Positions 60,057-64,000 of a DNA stretch of 64,000 nt are shown one piece after another; position 1 is the stretch's first letter, and every line of letters starts with the position of its first letter. A model generated the notes under the pieces. It saw nothing but the letters and a program-made list of their open reading frames with translations, was not told the origin of the DNA and did not search any database. This stretch comes from Burkholderiaceae bacterium. GTDB taxonomy: Bacteria > Pseudomonadota > Gammaproteobacteria > Burkholderiales > Burkholderiaceae_F. The position numbers and the translations under genes are program-made. The DNA is taken from assembly GCA_036652035.1 (NCBI GenBank), contig JAVVWR010000005.1, forward strand, positions 2,688-66,687, written 5' to 3'.

Positions 60057-60658
60057 GAGGTCTCCTGCAAGAGCTCGAGCAGACGGCTGCCGATCGCGGC
60101 GCGGTCGGCCAAGAGCCCGTCCGCCGTGCCGTCGACCACATTGCCGCCGGCGCGCAGCTTGATGCCGGCGCCCATCGCCGGATCGGCGCTGAAATCCAGG
60201 GCCACGCCGGCCGCGGCAGCCCGATCGGCCAGCAGACGGCGGTCGTCGGCGCCCAAGGCCGTGCCGTGAACCACGGTCCAGGCGCCGGGGGCGAGCCCCG
60301 CCCGCGCGGCTGCAAACACATGCCGCAACCAGTCGGCGCGGGCGGCGGGCTGCGACCAGCGCTGGGCCAACACGTCGGGCAGGCGCTGCCAGGCCAGGGC
60401 GAGCAGGCGGGTGTGAGTCTGCTGCTGGTGCTGGCGCTCCTCGTTGGCCAGGCGCGCCGCGGCCGCTGCGAGCAACTGACTGCGGCGGCGGCGCTCGTCG
60501 GCGAGCGTGGCCTGGGTTCTCTGGCGTGCCGCGTGGCGAGCTTGGGCGAGGATCTCGGCCGAACGCGCGGCGGCTTCTTGTGCGAGCGCGCTGCACTGGG
60601 CGTCGCGGTCGGCGCGCACCAGATCGATCAGGGCTTTCATCGGGCGCTCGACACTCAT
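60053..60658 (-). CDS. Putative V/A-type ATP synthase subunit E (peripheral stalk)
   Basis: 201 aa. Long Ala/Arg/Gln-rich N-terminal helix plus a C-terminal globular part with GAGIKLRAGGNVVDGTADGLL (compare the E-subunit GG..v....g.i.vdnT motif). ATGA overlaps on both sides. Confidence 0.6.
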   Translation of the reverse strand: MSVERPMKALIDLVRADRDAQCSALAQEAAARSAEILAQARHAARQRTQATLADERRRRSQLLAAAAARLANEERQHQQQTHTRLLALAWQRLPDVLAQRWSQPAARADWLRHVFAAARAGLAPGAWTVVHGTALGADDRRLLADRAAAAGVALDFSADPAMGAGIKLRAGGNVVDGTADGLLADRAAIGSRLLELLQETS

Positions 60659-60951
60659 GCCTCGATTCCCAGTTGGCGTCGCAGATGCGTGGCCGGGTCG
60701 GGCAGCTCGACTCGCGCCAGAAGGTCGGGCACCAGCACCGTGATGGGGCTGGCGGCTGCCAGCGCGGGTTCGAGCAGAACGGCCGGGATGCGGGTGGCGA
60801 TCTCGGCCGACACCAGCACCAGACTGGCGTGCGCGCGCGCCTGGACAAGAGCGGCGGCTTCTTCACCGATCGCCGGGGTCATGAGCTCGAGCCCGGCGAG
60901 CCCAAAGCCCGCCGCGGCCACCTCATCGCCGATGTAGACGGGGAGCGGCAT
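60655..60951 (-). CDS. Putative V/A-type ATP synthase subunit F
   Basis: 98 aa from ATG 60949-60951. PVYIGDEVAAAGFGLAGLE...LVLVSAEIATRI resembles the F-subunit pattern (viGD.d...GFrLaGi....ilit). Confidence 0.6.
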   Translation of the reverse strand: MPLPVYIGDEVAAAGFGLAGLELMTPAIGEEAAALVQARAHASLVLVSAEIATRIPAVLLEPALAAASPITVLVPDLLARVELPDPATHLRRQLGIEA

Positions 60952-60956
60952 GAACG

Positions 60957-61316
60957 TCAGGCCAGGCGGTTGAGGATCAGGATCGAGACGATCAGCCCGT
61001 AGATCGCAATCCCCTCGGCCAGGCCAACGAAGATCAGCAGGCGGCCAAAGAGCTCGGGCTTTTCGGCCAGAGCGCCGATCGCGGCGGTGCCGACCTTGGC
61101 CACGGCATAGCCGGCCGCGAGCGATGACAGGGCGGTGGCGGCGGCCGCCGCCGCGAACGCCCAACCGGCTCCTTCGGGTAGCGCGGCGGCGGGACCGGCT
61201 GCCAGTGCCGTCTGCACGGTGAGCAACACGGCGGTGCCGGCGGCGGCGAGCACCGCGGTCAGCGCCAGCAGGGCCACCAGCGCGCGAGACGCCGGACGCG
61301 AGGCGAGAGTCTTCAT
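60957..61316 (-). CDS. ntpK: V/A-type ATP synthase proteolipid subunit K/c
   Basis: 119 aa from ATG 61314-61316. C-terminal hairpin with GTAAIGALAEKPELFGRLLIFVGLAEGIAIYGLIVSILIL, including the carboxylate Glu in the last helix. Preceded by an extra hydrophobic N-terminal segment. Confidence 0.8.
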   Translation of the reverse strand: MKTLASRPASRALVALLALTAVLAAAGTAVLLTVQTALAAGPAAALPEGAGWAFAAAAAATALSSLAAGYAVAKVGTAAIGALAEKPELFGRLLIFVGLAEGIAIYGLIVSILILNRLA

Positions 61317-61333
61317 CGAGTTCTCCTGGGTCG

Positions 61334-63154
61334 TCAGTCGGGATCGGGAAAGGAAAACGAAGGGGGCGCCGGCAGCGGATGGAACACCCGGCCGCCGCCG
61401 TGCAGAAAGCGGGTGAAGAACTCGAACAGCACGAGACGGGTGGTCTGGATGCTCACCACCATGGCTTCGATCACGATCACCGCCAGGTTGCCGATCAGCA
61501 TCACCAGCCACCAGGCAAAGACGTTGGGAGTCGAGTCGGCCAGAGCGACGATGGCCGACGACAGCCCCGCGTGAGCCAGGGCAAAGGCGCCGACCCGGGC
61601 AAAGGACAAGGTATTGATCAGAAGCTGCAAGGTTTTTTCGATCAGCTCGCCGACCGCGGCACCCGCGGCCGCGGCGCGCCCGGCGTGAAGCACGTGACCG
61701 ATCACAAAGGCGACCGTCCCCACGGCGGCCAAGCCGATCCAGCTGAGGTTGAAAAAGCTGCCAAGCAGGCCGCCGTAGACCGCCATCAGCCCCATGTCTT
61801 CGCCCATGAAGCGCGCCCATTCGCCGCGCCAATACGAAGCCAGGGCGCCGAGCAAGAGGCCGGCGGCGAGCAGGACCGCGCCGCCCAGCACCGGGACGGT
61901 GAGCAGTTCGAGCGGATGAGAGAGCGGGTGCATCCACAGTGCGGCAATCCAATCCTCGCGGCAGAAGACCGAGCCAAAGAGCAGGCCGAAAACCGCCGAG
62001 CTCAAACCGCCCGCGATCAGGAGCGGCGCGATCGAGAAGCGCTTGCGATAAACGAAGGCCAGGGCGGCGATCGTCAGGCCGTGGCCCAGGTCGCCGAACA
62101 TGAAACCAAAGATCAGCGGCACCACCAGGGCGAGCAGAACGCTGGGGTCGGCCTCGTCGGTGGCGGGCATGCCGAGCGCGCGCGGGAAGATCTCGAAGGG
62201 CCGCGCCCAGGCAGGGTTGGCGAGCAGCAGCGGGGCGCGCAGCCCGCGCGGCGCGCGCGGGAAATGAAGCAGGGCGCGCGCCTGGCAGCGCTCGATCGCC
62301 GGCTGCAAGGCGCGGCCGTCGAAGTCGCTGGTCCAGCCCGTGACCCAGTTGAAATGTTCGCCCGACTCCAGCCCGTGAACGTTGCGCATCAGCCATTGCA
62401 GGCGATAGAGATCGCCCAGCGCCGCGCGAATTCCAAGCCGCTGGTTGATCGCCTCGAACTCGGCGGCACGGATCTTGGCCTCGTGCGCGAGTTCGGCCCG
62501 GCGGCGGGCGATGGTGTCGCGGTTGAGCGCCGCGGTGGGCGTGAGCCAGGCCGGAATCGGGTGGACCCGGCCCTTCATGGCGGTCGCTTCGCGGGCGAGC
62601 GAATCGAGCTCGCTGGCGGTGCCCACCGCGAACGCGAAGCTGGCGTGAGCGGTGGGCACCTGACGCACGATCGCCTGCGTTGATTCGGGCGCGAGCTCGG
62701 GCGGGTATTCGATCAACAAGACCCGGGCGAGCGGGCCGGCCGCACCGAAGGCGGCCAGATCGAGCGGCGAATCGCCCAGCGCGGCCAGTACCTTGGACCA
62801 GCGCTCGAGCTCTTCGCGCTCGGCCTGCGCCTGCTGACTGGCCACGATCAGCGGTTCGGCTTGCGCCCCCCACTGCTGCAGCTGCTCGATCGCCCGGGTC
62901 AGGGTGATCGCTGGCGGCGCGGGAACTGCGCCGGGGGCCAGCCCGTCGCTCGGCCAGTAGGCCGAATAACGCAAGGCGAGCTCGGCGCCGCGCGCCAGCC
63001 AGGGCTGGAGTTCGGCCAGCGAGCTGGGCAGCGCGCTCGGAACGCGGGATTCGAGCTCGACCCTGCCGGTGGCGGCGAGCGCTTCGAGCAGCAGGGCGCA
63101 GTCGTCGCGAGCGACCAGCACTTCGAACCAGCGGGCCGGGCGCGGTCGCATCAT
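61334..63154 (-). CDS. ntpI: V/A-type ATP synthase subunit I/a (stator membrane subunit)
   Basis: 606 aa from ATG 63152-63154 (MMRPRPARWFEVLVARDD...). Soluble N-terminal half and a polytopic C-terminal half containing the conserved Arg motif NTLSFARVGAFALAHAGLS. Confidence 0.82.
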   Translation of the reverse strand: MMRPRPARWFEVLVARDDCALLLEALAATGRVELESRVPSALPSSLAELQPWLARGAELALRYSAYWPSDGLAPGAVPAPPAITLTRAIEQLQQWGAQAEPLIVASQQAQAEREELERWSKVLAALGDSPLDLAAFGAAGPLARVLLIEYPPELAPESTQAIVRQVPTAHASFAFAVGTASELDSLAREATAMKGRVHPIPAWLTPTAALNRDTIARRRAELAHEAKIRAAEFEAINQRLGIRAALGDLYRLQWLMRNVHGLESGEHFNWVTGWTSDFDGRALQPAIERCQARALLHFPRAPRGLRAPLLLANPAWARPFEIFPRALGMPATDEADPSVLLALVVPLIFGFMFGDLGHGLTIAALAFVYRKRFSIAPLLIAGGLSSAVFGLLFGSVFCREDWIAALWMHPLSHPLELLTVPVLGGAVLLAAGLLLGALASYWRGEWARFMGEDMGLMAVYGGLLGSFFNLSWIGLAAVGTVAFVIGHVLHAGRAAAAGAAVGELIEKTLQLLINTLSFARVGAFALAHAGLSSAIVALADSTPNVFAWWLVMLIGNLAVIVIEAMVVSIQTTRLVLFEFFTRFLHGGGRVFHPLPAPPSFSFPDPD

Positions 63155-63909
63155 GAGGCAAAGCTCCGCGCCGGCAGGGCCAGGCGCAGGACCAGCTCGC
63201 CGCGCAAGCGGTCGAGGTCGAGCGCCATCAGACCCAGGTAGGCAAAAGCGGCCATCGGCTCGATCGCATGGCGACGGAAACTCGCGAGCAGGCGCGCGTC
63301 GAAGACGCGGCGCAGCCGCAGGCCGTCGGGGCCGGCGACCACCACCGAGCGGCTCATGTAATCGCCGATCAAGCGCGTGACCGCTTGCCGCGCGACGGCT
63401 TGGCGCGCGGCGGGCGGCAAGCGGCGCAGCCATTCGTCGCCCCAGGCCTGAGCCAACAGCGCAGGCTGCGCCAGAGCGGCGGCGAGCGGCGCGAATTCGT
63501 GCCCTGACGGAATGCTGCGGCGATCGGCATCGAGCAATTCGCGGTAACGCGGTTCGGCACGCATCCAGTCGGCGGGGCGCCGGCCTTCGGCCCAGTGACG
63601 CAGCCAGGGCAGCTCGGGCAGGACGCCGCACCACTGCAGGGCGGGGCGCCACGCCTGCGGCATCCATAGAGCGACCTCGGCGACTACGCCACGCCAATAG
63701 GCACGCAGGACGGCTTCGACCGCGTGGATCGAGCGGCGGCTGCCCAACTGGGCGAGCGGCGCCTGCAGGCTGGTGTCGCGCGCCAGATCGATCAAGGCCT
63801 CGGCTTCGCGGGCGTGCTCGATCGCGGTCCAGACCGCCTCGCCGGGGCGGCGGCCGATGCGCGCCTGCATCCGCGCCTGGGCGTACTCGAGGCTGCCGAC
63901 CGGAATCAT
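63151..63909 (-). CDS. Putative V/A-type ATP synthase subunit C (d-like); assigned by position, sequence is divergent
   Basis: 252-aa all-helical-looking Ala/Arg/Leu/Trp-rich protein. ATGA-coupled to subunit I downstream and to a partial ORF upstream. I recognise no diagnostic motif and it is shorter than typical C/d subunits. Confidence 0.4.
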   Translation of the reverse strand: MIPVGSLEYAQARMQARIGRRPGEAVWTAIEHAREAEALIDLARDTSLQAPLAQLGSRRSIHAVEAVLRAYWRGVVAEVALWMPQAWRPALQWCGVLPELPWLRHWAEGRRPADWMRAEPRYRELLDADRRSIPSGHEFAPLAAALAQPALLAQAWGDEWLRRLPPAARQAVARQAVTRLIGDYMSRSVVVAGPDGLRLRRVFDARLLASFRRHAIEPMAAFAYLGLMALDLDRLRGELVLRLALPARSFAS

Positions 63910-64000
63910 TCGCGGCCCCCGGTGAGTTCACGGGCCAAGCGATCGATCGCTTGCTGCAGGCGGGCGAGCTGCGCCGGGTGCTGCGCTGGCGACTCGCGCA
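63906..64000 (-). CDS. Partial CDS (3' end only), unknown; possibly a peripheral-stalk (G/H-like) component of the V-ATPase operon
   Basis: Reverse-complement reading gives ...RESPAQHPAQLARLQQAIDRLARELTGGRE*, with the TGA overlapping the next ATG (ATGA). Only about 31 codons are visible. Confidence 0.3.
   Translation of the reverse strand, partial: RESPAQHPAQLARLQQAIDRLARELTGGRE

Noticed and set aside
58287-63931. Very long track ORFs (58287..60866, 60957..63161, 61334..63931) that could suggest giant fused V-ATPase proteins.
   Set aside because: The upstream parts of each ORF run through the coding regions of the preceding genes in another frame and translate to Arg/Pro-rich junk. Internal ATG starts with SD-like sequences and ATGA coupling give subunits of normal size (A 589 aa, K 119 aa, I 606 aa).

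Overview
GC-rich, densely coding chromosomal segment. Gene content and synteny look betaproteobacterial and Burkholderiales-like, for example smc-zipA-ligA and the long rpsB-tsf-pyrH-frr-uppS-cdsA-dxr-rseP-bamA-skp-lpxD-fabZ-lpxA-lpxB-rnhB block.

About 48 kb is core housekeeping:
- a partial ABC-F ATPase, prmB, and the dapE/dapD/dapC cluster with an embedded PilU-like ATPase
- queF, smc, zipA, ligA, an MTA/MTI phosphorylase, def, glnD and map
- the ribosome/envelope/lipid A block
- ppsR-ppsA, an NfeD-SPFH pair, smpB with ratA-rnfH, guaB-guaA, tadA, ldcA and purT

I saw no rRNA, tRNA, tmRNA or CRISPR array.

The accessory-looking content is:
- a 5'-truncated, frameshifted IS5-family transposase remnant (48.1-48.8 kb)
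- a cNMP/CBS/DUF294 nucleotidyltransferase coupled to a DEDDh exonuclease (39.6-42.1 kb)
- a hybrid histidine kinase with a convergent LuxR-type response regulator (50.9-53.6 kb)
- at the right edge (55.8-64.0 kb, minus strand), a tightly translationally coupled V/A-type ATPase operon that runs off the window

The V/A-type operon is the most unusual region. Its inferred order is X-C(d)-I-K-F-E-A-B-D. Its last gene is a second RatA/COQ10-like SRPBCC paralog, joined to subunit D by an ATGA overlap, and two tandem 93-aa c-type cytochrome paralogs follow it.

Many long ORFs in the supplied track are antisense or 5'-extended artefacts of the high GC content. Gene starts were re-picked by reading the sequence. 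All functional calls rest on motif and family recognition by eye, not on database searches.
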